Virus record (IMG/VR): IMGVR_UViG_3300045988_045917
Span: 1 to 39,422 of that record
Source of the DNA: a virus
Reading direction: 5' to 3' (one strand)
Length of the DNA stretch: 39,422 nucleotides
Shown in pieces: positions 1 through 7,997 of this stretch (the stretch's first letter is position 1; every line of letters begins with the position of its first letter). Below the pieces are notes generated by a model. It ran no database searches. It had not been told where the DNA came from and was given only the letters and a program-made list of their open reading frames with translations. A program made the position numbers and the translations under genes.

Positions 1-47
1 TATGACCCCGGTGAGATTCGAACTCACCTCTACGGTTTAGGAGACCA
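1..47 (-). repeat. att core copy (left): displaced, truncated 3' portion of a tRNA gene
   Basis: 47/47 nt identical to 39376-39422. The minus strand reads anticodon loop CTCCTAA, T-arm GTGAG-TTCGAAT-CTCAC and acceptor 3' strand CGGGGTC plus A. The adjoining 48-75 has no D-arm or acceptor 5' strand, so this copy is not an intact tRNA. Confidence 0.85.
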
Positions 48-83
48 AATCGTTTGATTTTACGTAATTTTCTATGTTTTTAA

Positions 84-110
84 GTGCCCGAGATACGGCA
101 CTTTTTCTTT
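84..110 (+). terminator. Possible intrinsic terminator just inside the left att
   Basis: GTGCC (84-88) pairs with GGCAC (97-101), with an 8-nt loop, followed by TTTTTCTTTT. Confidence 0.35.
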
Positions 111-137
111 TATTTGAATTTATTCTATTTTAAGTTT

Positions 138-158
138 GGGGGTCACAGCGGGGGGTCA
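138..158 (+). promoter_or_regulatory. Two direct GGGGGTCA repeats (138-145, 151-158): candidate integrase arm-type binding sites
   Basis: The same motif occurs twice in the same orientation at 39309-39315 and 39319-39326 beside the other att copy. It occurs inverted (TGACCCC) inside both core copies. Confidence 0.4.
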
Positions 159-209
159 GTTGATAATTACTTTGTAGTTTCATTTTCTACTATACTATAC
201 ATCTAATTT

Positions 210-218
210 TGTTATAAT
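210..218 (+). promoter_or_regulatory. Extended -10 promoter (TGTTATAAT) for the Fst-like toxin mRNA
   Basis: TGnTATAAT match lies about 45 nt upstream of the toxin start. No good -35 box. Confidence 0.5.
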
Positions 219-234
219 TATTTCAGCGACTATT

Positions 235-255
235 GCCTCCCCTTGAAAGGAGGTG
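235..255 (+). promoter_or_regulatory. 5' UTR hairpin sequestering the toxin Shine-Dalgarno
   Basis: CCTCC (236-240) pairs with the SD GGAGG (249-253) across an 8-nt loop. SD occlusion is a known feature of type I toxin mRNAs. Confidence 0.45.
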
Positions 256-261
256 AGTTCG

Positions 262-366
262 TTGAAGGAATTTCTAACTTTAGTTGTAGCTCCAATTCTT
301 GTGGAAATAGTGAAATCACTGTTCGATCACTGGCTGGATGATTGGCATCACAACAAAAAACACTAA
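262..366 (+). CDS. fst: Type I toxin, Fst family (34 aa, TTG start): MKEFLTLVVAPILVEIVKSLFDHWLDDWHHNKKH
   Basis: SD AAAGGAGGTG lies 6-7 nt upstream of TTG. The peptide aligns with E. faecalis pAD1 Fst (MKDLMSLVIAPIFVGLV...) including the signature LVxAPIxV, followed by a charged C-tail. It is below the 60-aa ORF-track cutoff. Confidence 0.85.
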   Translation: MKEFLTLVVAPILVEIVKSLFDHWLDDWHHNKKH

Positions 367-412
367 TAGTCGCACTTCCACCCTCAACGTTTGATAGGTT
401 GCGTCAAGCGAT

Positions 413-455
413 AAAAAAAAGCATTACCTTTTGTGACGACTAGGTAATGCTTTTT
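413..455. terminator. Bidirectional intrinsic terminator shared by the toxin mRNA and the convergent antisense RNA
   Basis: A8 run, then 9-bp stem AGCATTACC (420-428) / GGTAATGCT (443-451), then T5 run. It can terminate transcription on both strands. Confidence 0.75.
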
Positions 456-490
456 GAGTTCATTGAATTTTAGAATTTCTAACTTGTTGC
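413..490 (-). ncRNA. Candidate antitoxin sRNA (RNA II analogue) of the Fst-like locus, about 75-80 nt
   Basis: It is driven by the minus-strand promoter at 497-525 and ends at the shared terminator. It carries the complement of 456-467 and 473-485. These are direct repeats of 256-267 and 268-280, the toxin SD-to-start and first codons. Confidence 0.6.
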
Positions 491-496
491 AAGTTA

Positions 497-525
497 AGTA
501 TAACATGTTGTAAGTAAAATTGTAA
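497..525 (-). promoter_or_regulatory. Promoter for the antisense antitoxin RNA
   Basis: The minus strand reads TTACAA, a 17-nt spacer, then TGTTATACT (extended -10, plus coordinates 497-505). Confidence 0.55.
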
Positions 526-566
526 CAAGAAAACATAGTTAAAATAATAGAAAATTTATTGCATGC

Positions 567-606
567 AAAAAGCCACTCCAGAGAAAAATCTCCAGAGTGG
601 CTTTTA
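567..606 (-). terminator. Intrinsic terminator ending the late (lysis) operon
   Basis: 8-bp stem AGCCACTC (571-578) / GAGTGGCT (595-602) flanked by A and T runs, 20 nt after the endolysin stop. Confidence 0.7.
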
Positions 607-622
607 ACTTATATTAACTTGC

Positions 623-1525
623 TTATTTAAAAGTACCCCATGCTTCATTGCCTGCACGACATACCAAGTAACCATAGCCATTTGAACGTGGTTGTCTAAT
701 CCAAACATAACCACCATGACGGCTATAGCCGTCATACTTAACTTCTGTATTAGCCGGTAATTGAGCAATAATTTTAGAACTAGTTCTAGCGCCATATCTA
801 AGATTGATTGCTCCGCCAGTTACGAACGTGCCCTTTTCAGAGTACCAAACATCACCAAGATCATCAGTCCATTTCTTAACTTCTGGGCGTGGCTTAGTTT
901 CTGCAGTTGTAGGTTGTGATACGGGTCTATCATCAGCATTAGGTTTAGCTAACTTTTGCCAGCCAGCCTTGTCAGTGTTAACCACGTTTCTATCCATATC
1001 TCCACCTGTGAATTGCCAGATAGTATAGGTTGACCAAGGCGCAATGCTAAATTTAACGTTTGGCAAAGTCCAAGAGTTCCAATCCATCGTTGCATACCAA
1101 GCAACCCATAAACCACAATCCTTAGCGCAATTGGCAACTTGATTAATTGCTGATTGTTGGATATAAATTAAACACCATACACCAGTTAATTCGTGATATC
1201 TATCCACGAATTTCCTGCACCAATTAAGATCTTTACCAAACATAGGATTTTGATATTCTTCCCAATCAAGGGCAGGCACAGCTTCTCCAACATAATTCTT
1301 AGTTTGCTTATAGAAATAATCTGCTTCTGCAACTGGATCTCCACCACCCGCATAGTGATAAACCCCAAGCAATTTACCAACTTTTTTAGCTGCTTGATAA
1401 TCTTTATCGCATTCAGGATTTACGTAGTAAGTTCCTTGTGTTGCCTTAACCATAGTGATATCAGTACCAGCTTGAGTTGCAAAGTTCCGTGGGCTACCAC
1501 TATATACATCAACCATTTTAAGCAT
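623..1525 (-). CDS. Endolysin: GH25 muramidase domain plus C-terminal SH3b-like cell-wall-binding domain
   Basis: The N-terminus carries the GH25 pattern (VDVYSGS...MVKATQGTYYVNP...GVYHYAGG). The C-terminal 70 aa are SH3b-like (GYVWIRQPRSNGYGYL). It is the last gene of the late operon. Confidence 0.85.
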   Translation of the reverse strand: MLKMVDVYSGSPRNFATQAGTDITMVKATQGTYYVNPECDKDYQAAKKVGKLLGVYHYAGGGDPVAEADYFYKQTKNYVGEAVPALDWEEYQNPMFGKDLNWCRKFVDRYHELTGVWCLIYIQQSAINQVANCAKDCGLWVAWYATMDWNSWTLPNVKFSIAPWSTYTIWQFTGGDMDRNVVNTDKAGWQKLAKPNADDRPVSQPTTAETKPRPEVKKWTDDLGDVWYSEKGTFVTGGAINLRYGARTSSKIIAQLPANTEVKYDGYSRHGGYVWIRQPRSNGYGYLVCRAGNEAWGTFK

Positions 1526-1537
1526 TTTTTTGTCCTC

Positions 1538-1969
1538 CTACTTCTTTACTTCTTTCAATTCACCAACAATGGTCTTACTTTCCAATTGTTTGGCTGCATC
1601 GTCTTCCTTAGTCAGTGTTTGCATACTATCAACAAAGTTTTTCGTTTGCTTCGTCGTAGTAACCGACTTCTCAATCTCGCCTTTGATATAAGCTGTTGAG
1701 GGATGCGGTAAGTGTGCCAAATCTAAAATAGCGATTAAGTAATTAAAAGCTGCTAACAGCTTGTCCTTACCTGAACCGCCCTCTTTTTCAGTTTGATATA
1801 CGATTGCCTTTGCTGAATTAGCAATCATTTTTTCAGCTTTAGCTAGTGCATCGCCTTGCATAGCTTTCTTATCAATAGCAATCTTATTTTTTGAATAAAC
1901 ATAAAAAATTATTGTTACCGCTACTGATAAAACAACGATAACTGAATCAGCAATTAAACCTGCATTCAT
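1538..1969 (-). CDS. Holin-like protein (LL-H-type: single N-terminal TM plus soluble tail)
   Basis: N-terminal TM segment LIADSVIVVLSVAVTIIFYVY. The gene lies immediately upstream of the endolysin. Confidence 0.5.
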   Translation of the reverse strand: MNAGLIADSVIVVLSVAVTIIFYVYSKNKIAIDKKAMQGDALAKAEKMIANSAKAIVYQTEKEGGSGKDKLLAAFNYLIAILDLAHLPHPSTAYIKGEIEKSVTTTKQTKNFVDSMQTLTKEDDAAKQLESKTIVGELKEVKK

Positions 1970-2244
1970 CTTTTGTCCTCTTTTTCTTTAAAATCATCTA
2001 TCGTGTTTTCTAACCGTTTAACCTTCTTGCGCAACTTGTCATTTTCTGCATCAATTTCATCAAATGCTTTCTCACTTTCAAGCCACCGATTTCTATATAA
2101 GTCACGGTCAGCCCTCAGTTCTTCTTTATCATCTTTTGAAACTTCATGACTTGTTTTGCGTAAAGCGTTCCAAGCAGTAAGTCCTGCAACAAAACCAGAA
2201 AAAAGAAGTGCTATTTCACGGATTAAATTAGCCCAGTCTTGCAC
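1966..2244 (-). CDS. Small membrane-anchored coiled-coil protein, function unknown (lysis cassette)
   Basis: 92-aa ORF with a TM segment (ALLFSGFVAGLTAWNAL) and a charged coiled-coil tail. Its stop is coupled to the next gene's start. Confidence 0.6.
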   Translation of the reverse strand: MQDWANLIREIALLFSGFVAGLTAWNALRKTSHEVSKDDKEELRADRDLYRNRWLESEKAFDEIDAENDKLRKKVKRLENTIDDFKEKEDKR

Positions 2245-2254
2245 TTCTTATCAC

Positions 2255-2668
2255 CTACTTTCGTCGTTTCACTGTCTTAGAAAATACTGCTAAATATTGG
2301 ATTACTAGTAGCCACCCGATTAGTGCAATAATTGAAAGCAATCTGCTATAGTCGTGCATGACCAAAACATGCCCCAGTTGCAATACTGTTAACATCATCA
2401 AAAAGAATGCTGAACAAGCTAGTAACACGGCATTAGCAAGTTGACTTCTTCCACCAGCAAAAACAAATGCAATTAAGCCAATACCAACTATGATTGCAAA
2501 GGCATCGACTAAGTCATTATTGAAGAGCCATTGCCATTCTGGTGGCCAATAAAAAAAGGAATCGTTCACTAAAAGAACAATTCCAAAAGCTGTAAGCAAA
2601 CTTCCCAAAATCAAATGAAGTAAATTAAGTTTAGCCGTTTGCCACAGTATTTTGATCTCCTGCAACAT
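2255..2668 (-). CDS. Multi-pass (about 4 TM) membrane protein, possible holin component; start trimmed to ATG 2668
   Basis: The track ORF 2255-2758 overlaps the XkdX-like gene by 128 nt. The internal ATG at 2668 has GGGTGA 5 nt upstream. The sequence is strongly hydrophobic. Confidence 0.5.
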   Translation of the reverse strand: MLQEIKILWQTAKLNLLHLILGSLLTAFGIVLLVNDSFFYWPPEWQWLFNNDLVDAFAIIVGIGLIAFVFAGGRSQLANAVLLACSAFFLMMLTVLQLGHVLVMHDYSRLLSIIALIGWLLVIQYLAVFSKTVKRRK

Positions 2669-2825
2669 AATCATCACCCGTAATTCTCTTATATCCATCT
2701 GCATCAAATGTTCCTTGCTGAACAAATCCCGCAATTGTGTTGTCTGTGAAATACCCATTGTCTAGAGATGATTTACATAAACTTTCAAGGTTTGAATAGA
2801 TAGAACTGAAATCAAAAACAAACAT
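2631..2825 (-). CDS. XkdX-family small phage protein
   Basis: C-terminal pattern GYFTDNTIAGFVQQGTFDADGYKRITGDDY resembles the XkdX family (GxITxEEYxxITG). It sits after the tail fibre, as in PBSX. Confidence 0.55.
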   Translation of the reverse strand: MFVFDFSSIYSNLESLCKSSLDNGYFTDNTIAGFVQQGTFDADGYKRITGDDYVAGDQNTVANG

Positions 2826-3343
2826 TATTCAGCACCTTCTTTTTTCTTAGTTTCATCAGCTGCATTTGGTTTGTCTGATGTGTCTGTCGTGTTTACTGAC
2901 TTGGAAAGTTGCTGCACCATTGGCACAAGTTGAGCAAGAACTGCTGTAGTTTGTGCTTGTCCCTTTTGTACGCCACTTAAAGCTTGAACGATTTTATCAT
3001 TATTTTGAGCATCTTTAATCTTAGCTGCTTCGTAGTTTTCCATTTTCTTTTGCATAGCTGCATTACTTGCTTGCAACTTAGCAATTAAAGCTGGCTGAGA
3101 TTTATCACTGTTTTCAATCCAACTATGAGAGTCATCGTCCCAAACTGCATCAATTAAATCCTCACTAGGCTTTTCTGCATGCCAGCGGTAAGGCAAGTCT
3201 ACAGGACTAAGCTCTCCTGGATAAGGAATTTCCAAGTGATGAAGAGCTGTAATTGGACTAGTTGGATCAGAGAAGTAATAAAAGCTGATTTTTCCATCAG
3301 CAACGACTTGTTTTAATAAATCTAAAAAGTTTTCTGCTTCCAT
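2825..3343 (-). CDS. Hypothetical tail-fibre-associated protein
   Basis: 172-aa ORF downstream of the fibre gene with a coiled-coil C-half. No recognisable motif. Confidence 0.6.
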   Translation of the reverse strand: MEAENFLDLLKQVVADGKISFYYFSDPTSPITALHHLEIPYPGELSPVDLPYRWHAEKPSEDLIDAVWDDDSHSWIENSDKSQPALIAKLQASNAAMQKKMENYEAAKIKDAQNNDKIVQALSGVQKGQAQTTAVLAQLVPMVQQLSKSVNTTDTSDKPNAADETKKKEGAE

Positions 3344-3382
3344 AATTTTCCTCCATAAAAAAATCCTTAGTTAAACTAAGGA

Positions 3383-5551
3383 TTAAACATTTTTATTCAA
3401 ATATTGATGCCATTGACCCCAATTTGTCGGGCTAGAAGACTTTCGTCCATACATATTGTCGCCTTCGTAAAGTGTTTGATACACAGTATTAGCATCAAAT
3501 ACTGTCACTTTAACGTAAACCCAGTGCGCATTATCGGTTGGATATGGTCCACTTTGAACATGACAATTTGAAAGACGATACATTCCTGTGCTTCTTAAGT
3601 TATTAAGATTTACAGTGGTATTATTGAACTCTCCTTGAGGAGTATTGTAATCAGTTCTCTTCTTCAAGTTCATTAACTCAGTTCGCATAGTTGTTAAATT
3701 GGTATTCAGGTTATTGATTGCCTCTGCTATCGGCTTCAAAGCTCCAGCATCAACTAATAAATTAGCAAAGTGTCCTGATGGATCAAATTTTCCAACTTGT
3801 GTGTTATGCCAGCCTTCGAAAGCTACATCATAGTCAGTAATTGACATAATACTTTGATTAGTTAAATCTCCGGCATTAGCTATTCTTTGCCAATCTGTAA
3901 ATCTAGTTGAATTCCACGTTCTCACATATAATTGACCACTATTTGTATCATACAGAGTTTGTTGGCCGTTCCATTGATTGGCATTTACGGACATACTAAA
4001 CCAAGCTGACACAGGAGAATTTTTTAATCCGGAAGGACCTGCCGCATTATAGAACCCCGTATTCTTAACGTTATTCAAATCAGTATTATTTTGAATGCTG
4101 TAAGACTTGGTATTATTTAACAGCCATGAAACCTTATTAGCAGTCCAGTCGCTATCAAAAATGTTAATCTTATATGTTCCGTCTGCCTCTTGAGTTACAA
4201 ACTTAGTATCTTGGAAAATATTACCGTTTTGATCTAATGATTGCTTTACAAATTTTAACTTTTTAAGATGTTCATTTGTGATTACTGAACGCCAACCAGT
4301 CCAAATATCGCCATTCTTAGTATTCAACCAATAACTACCGTCTTGATCTACAACAGTAACTGAACCCCAACCCGGATCGAATAGTTTGACTGCAAAGAAC
4401 CATTTCTTATTGTTCATTGGTGGCAAGTTCTTAACCCCGTCACCATTACCATTCCAGTAAACAATTTTATTACTAGCATAATCTAACAAGTCTCCATTAG
4501 GATCTCCTGCTTCAATGGGTAACTTTGCATTAATTGCATCAGCAAGTTGTCCGATAACGCCTTGATCTACAGGCCATCTTGAAAAAAGCCCATTTGCGTC
4601 AAAATGAGCGTTGTTATCAAAAGTAGCAGCCTTATTCTTTACATCATAGCCAGTAAGCACATTAGCTGTTAAAGTTGGTAAGGTTACTGCACCACTGGCA
4701 TTAGCAGTGTGCCCATTTACCGACTTAACCTGACCAGCGATTTTATTATCAACTTCTGTCTTGGTGTAAGTAGTAGCTTTATCGGCTTTCTTGTTTAATT
4801 CGCTGTCTACATAGCCTTTGTCTGCCTTAGGAGCTACTTTACTGTTCACTTCATCTTTGGTGTAAGTATTTGATTTATCAGCCTTTGTTCCAAGTTGCTG
4901 TTCTACAGTAGTTTTATCAGCTTTAGTACCCAGCCTATCAGTTACGCTTTTCTCAAAGTTTGTGTGATAAGTAGAGTTCTCCAATTTATAATCGTTTAAG
5001 CTCTTAACGATTTCAGCGTCTTTTTTATCAAGTTTTGCTACAGCTGTATCAACCTCGGACTTGCTATACACTTCCTTTTTACGATAAACATCATCCGGAC
5101 TAACTTCAACAGTTACCTTATCAGTTCTACCAATTACTAGATACATCAAAAAATCAAACTTAAATAAAGTTTGCTCCCCAAAGTCTGGAATGTATTCTGG
5201 CGTTTTTGCAGTAGCTATACCGTAAAGAATTTCATTTTTATCTGGTTCTTTTGCATAAATACCAACAGTATGCACATTATAACCAGTCTTCAAATTCTGG
5301 TTATCAAAGGTCATTCTAACACCTAAAACAGTATCTGAATTATCAGACGTATCTCCTACATCACTCAACTTCACTGATTGCTGAATACTTGGTAGCTTAG
5401 TTAAGTTTTGAAGTTCTTCAACAGTCTTTCCTGATAAGTTATCAGTTGATGAAACACCTCTCGTTAAAGAAAAAGTTGCTGTACCTTTGTTAGCTCTACG
5501 GGCTAAGTCGATACCTTCGTTAGTTAAAATTGTCTTATTATATTCTGACAT
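3383..5551 (-). CDS. Tail fibre / receptor-binding protein
   Basis: The N-terminus (TILTNEGIDLARRANKGTATFSLTRGVSS) resembles phage tail-collar fibre N-domains. It has repeated (T)KADK heptad-like motifs and a large C-terminal globular part. It follows the baseplate genes. Confidence 0.75.
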   Translation of the reverse strand: MSEYNKTILTNEGIDLARRANKGTATFSLTRGVSSTDNLSGKTVEELQNLTKLPSIQQSVKLSDVGDTSDNSDTVLGVRMTFDNQNLKTGYNVHTVGIYAKEPDKNEILYGIATAKTPEYIPDFGEQTLFKFDFLMYLVIGRTDKVTVEVSPDDVYRKKEVYSKSEVDTAVAKLDKKDAEIVKSLNDYKLENSTYHTNFEKSVTDRLGTKADKTTVEQQLGTKADKSNTYTKDEVNSKVAPKADKGYVDSELNKKADKATTYTKTEVDNKIAGQVKSVNGHTANASGAVTLPTLTANVLTGYDVKNKAATFDNNAHFDANGLFSRWPVDQGVIGQLADAINAKLPIEAGDPNGDLLDYASNKIVYWNGNGDGVKNLPPMNNKKWFFAVKLFDPGWGSVTVVDQDGSYWLNTKNGDIWTGWRSVITNEHLKKLKFVKQSLDQNGNIFQDTKFVTQEADGTYKINIFDSDWTANKVSWLLNNTKSYSIQNNTDLNNVKNTGFYNAAGPSGLKNSPVSAWFSMSVNANQWNGQQTLYDTNSGQLYVRTWNSTRFTDWQRIANAGDLTNQSIMSITDYDVAFEGWHNTQVGKFDPSGHFANLLVDAGALKPIAEAINNLNTNLTTMRTELMNLKKRTDYNTPQGEFNNTTVNLNNLRSTGMYRLSNCHVQSGPYPTDNAHWVYVKVTVFDANTVYQTLYEGDNMYGRKSSSPTNWGQWHQYLNKNV

Positions 5552-5563
5552 CTCATCACCTCA

Positions 5564-6124
5564 CTAGTTAAACACTTGACTGGGACTTGCTTTTGCTATG
5601 CTAGCTGCTTTTACAACGTTACCAATGCCCAAGTTCAAATTATCAGAAACCTTTGCAGTGTTTAGCAAAATCTTTACTTGATACAAGAGATTAGCTGGCA
5701 AGTAAACATTTAACAGATATTTCAAGTAATTTATCTGATTACTTGTCATTTCTGCTGATTTAGCAGTTGCTACAACAGCCCTTGCACCGTAATTAACATC
5801 AATTTTCACTGGAAGATTAACGTTGTTCAGCATATCTCTGAAAAACCTAATTGTTATCGGTCTTGGTGGTAGTACATACATCAAGACCTTGTTTCTGCGC
5901 ATTTCTAAAGTATCGTTTTCATCTGGAACTATACCCAGTTGACTTTCAAAGAGTGAAATACCTTTTGTATCAGCAGTTGAAACAAATTCATTTAGTAATG
6001 TCCGCAAATGGCTATCTTCTAAATCCTTAAGTGTTAAACTTTCAGACTTAAGCAACTCCTCCATCTCATACACGCCCTCATAATAATCAGGCATGTAGTT
6101 TAGAAGTTCGTACTTATTGTTCAT
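5564..6124 (-). CDS. Baseplate/tail protein, XkdU (DUF2313)-like
   Basis: The N-terminus (LLNYMPDYYEGVYEMEELLKSE...LNEFVSTADTKGISLFESQLGI) fits the DUF2313 pattern. It follows the baseplate J gene. Confidence 0.6.
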   Translation of the reverse strand: MNNKYELLNYMPDYYEGVYEMEELLKSESLTLKDLEDSHLRTLLNEFVSTADTKGISLFESQLGIVPDENDTLEMRRNKVLMYVLPPRPITIRFFRDMLNNVNLPVKIDVNYGARAVVATAKSAEMTSNQINYLKYLLNVYLPANLLYQVKILLNTAKVSDNLNLGIGNVVKAASIAKASPSQVFN

Positions 6125-7265
6125 TGATCGTCACCGTCCCGACTACTGGTAATTGTGACTTTGAATTAGTAAAAACTAAATCTATATCTGCGTCCCTGCC
6201 GTTTAAAGATGGAAGCTTAGCATTGACCACACCTTCCGTCAGCATAACTTGAGACAGGATCTTAGAACGATATATGGTTTCTTGATAACCCCTACCAAGT
6301 TTTTGATTGATATCTGCCCAGTCCTTTCTCAATGATTGGAAGTAGCCCTCAACTGCTTTAGTAATGCTGTCTTTCACATACCGTGTTACTTTTGTATCAT
6401 CAAGTTTTACTGAAATATCAACATTTACAATTAATTCTTCAGGAGCAGTCACAGTTACAGCATGGTCAATTGGAGCTAATCCATAACCCTCTGCTTGCTT
6501 ATCTTCTGGGTCAAGTGTATTTTTAACTTTCTGTACTAAACTAGCACTAGCAGGCATTAAATCATTATTCAAAATAACCACTTTAACAGTACCACCACCA
6601 TTCCAAGTCGGATAAATCTGTGCTGCTCCTACTTCGTCAATCTTACTGGTCATGTCTAGGTAGTCTGCCACATTACCACCGTAAGCAATCCAACTTTGAG
6701 AGCTCAGCAATCTTGCTCTTAAGTGGTCGTCACTTTCTACATCCCTTGCAGGAGCTGTAATTTCTGTAATTTCAGCCCATGAAAGCAAGTCGTTTGGAGT
6801 AACAGGTAAAATCTGCCCGATATAACTATTAGCGCTTGAACCTTTAACTTCTGCTGTTAGTTCAACAGTTAAGTCATCATTGATCTTTGTCACAGCATAA
6901 AAAATAGGCGAGTCGCCAATACTGGCAAACTTATCGCCTATTTGAACATTATCTAACGGTTCTTTCTTGTCATTTAAAACTTTAGCTTTAGCTTCTGTTT
7001 GAGTAGCAGGGTATCGACTTGTTCCATGTTCAATTGCTCGATAGTCTAGGAACTCTCCGGAAGCTGTTTTGATATAAGTTTCCTTGATTACATTAGCCAT
7101 ATCTAAGGATTGCTGACCCATAACCAACGCAGCAGGAGCTAAAGCGTCATAGATGATTGAACCTTCACGCTTGTCAATGTTATCAGGCACAGCATCAAGC
7201 ATTTTTCTTAGAAAATAGTCATAATCTTCATTCTGAAATTCAGTAATTAGTTCATTGGGACTCAC
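6114..7265 (-). CDS. Baseplate J-like protein (XkdT-like)
   Basis: 383 aa. The N-terminal region (FLRKMLDAVPDNIDKREGSIIYDALAPAA) is typical of the Baseplate_J family. Gene order is conserved. Confidence 0.75.
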   Translation of the reverse strand: MSPNELITEFQNEDYDYFLRKMLDAVPDNIDKREGSIIYDALAPAALVMGQQSLDMANVIKETYIKTASGEFLDYRAIEHGTSRYPATQTEAKAKVLNDKKEPLDNVQIGDKFASIGDSPIFYAVTKINDDLTVELTAEVKGSSANSYIGQILPVTPNDLLSWAEITEITAPARDVESDDHLRARLLSSQSWIAYGGNVADYLDMTSKIDEVGAAQIYPTWNGGGTVKVVILNNDLMPASASLVQKVKNTLDPEDKQAEGYGLAPIDHAVTVTAPEELIVNVDISVKLDDTKVTRYVKDSITKAVEGYFQSLRKDWADINQKLGRGYQETIYRSKILSQVMLTEGVVNAKLPSLNGRDADIDLVFTNSKSQLPVVGTVTINEQ

Positions 7266-7633
7266 TTAATGCTTACCTCGCTTTCTATTGGTATATTTCC
7301 ATAACTCGTTTGGCATTCTCCAGTAAGAGTTAAAGTATTCGGGCTTGTTTCATTGATACTAGTGATATCGACTTTGATTACACGTTCATCAGCCAGCAAT
7401 GCCTCTTTGACCATTCGCTCCGCTTCAACTTTGGAATAGCCTAAGTCTTTACCAAGCAAATCATTTAAATCATTTCCATATTGATCGGTATAAATCGGGA
7501 AAACAAAACGTTCTGTTTTTAATATCTTATCTACAGCTTGAACCATAGCGCCCAGACCATCGAATTTATTCCTTATTCTGTCATTAGCAATCTGAAAGGT
7601 TAGTGTCGGATTTTGATTTTCTTCATTATTCAA
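7262..7633 (-). CDS. Baseplate protein, XkdS (DUF2634)-like; TTG start at 7633
   Basis: The track ORF overlaps the upstream gene. TTG at 7633 has GAGGGTGG 6 nt upstream, directly after the upstream stop. Position matches XkdS. Confidence 0.55.
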   Translation of the reverse strand: MNNEENQNPTLTFQIANDRIRNKFDGLGAMVQAVDKILKTERFVFPIYTDQYGNDLNDLLGKDLGYSKVEAERMVKEALLADERVIKVDITSINETSPNTLTLTGECQTSYGNIPIESEVSIK

Positions 7634-7634
7634 A

Positions 7635-7997
7635 TTAACCACCCTCTCTCTCAAACAAGTAGAATTGCTGACCACCATCAGCACGGATCATAGTTACCCT
7701 ATCGCCAACTTTTAAAGAGTTATCAAAAGTAAAAGTAGCCGGCTTGGTTGTTTTTTCAGTCTTAGGCTTTTCTCCGTCTTTGCCTTTCTTTTCTTCTGTA
7801 GTCGTCAAACTACCACTCATTGAAAAGCTTCCAATGTGCTTTCCCAATACAATGAAATTATCGTCAATAATCATTGAATTGGAAATCTGCACTCTTAACG
7901 GAGAAACGTTGATAACACGACCATAGATAACATCGGAATACTCAGAGTCACTACCGCCCCGTTCCGTCAACATTTTTATAAGCTGTTCTCCTGCCAT
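7635..7997 (-). CDS. XkdR (DUF2577)-like baseplate/tail protein; start trimmed to ATG 7997
   Basis: AAGGTAGG lies upstream of ATG 7997. Motif VIYGRVINVSPLRVQI is present. Order is conserved. Confidence 0.55.
   Translation of the reverse strand: MAGEQLIKMLTERGGSDSEYSDVIYGRVINVSPLRVQISNSMIIDDNFIVLGKHIGSFSMSGSLTTTEEKKGKDGEKPKTEKTTKPATFTFDNSLKVGDRVTMIRADGGQQFYLFEREGG

Noticed and set aside
1-75. The left att copy as an intact tRNA gene
   Set aside because: The sequence at 48-75 (revcomp tagaaaattacgtaaaatcaaacgatt) cannot form the D-arm or the acceptor 5' strand. Only the 3' 47 nt are tRNA-derived.
1193-1699. 168-aa plus-strand ORF, with similar ones at 804-1028, 12819-13163, 22960-23274 and 29638-30349
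   Set aside because: All are antisense to well-supported phage genes. They have low-complexity or hydrophobic artefactual sequences and no RBS.
2669-2758. N-terminal extensions given by the ORF track, also at 7998-8072, 7634-7684, 23370-23387, 27247-27291, 28891-28905, 30093-30107, 34656-34763 and 35602-35646
   Set aside because: These extensions overlap the upstream gene or lie within or before the SD. Internal starts with proper SD spacing give tighter, coupled gene arrangements. The exact starts remain unverified.
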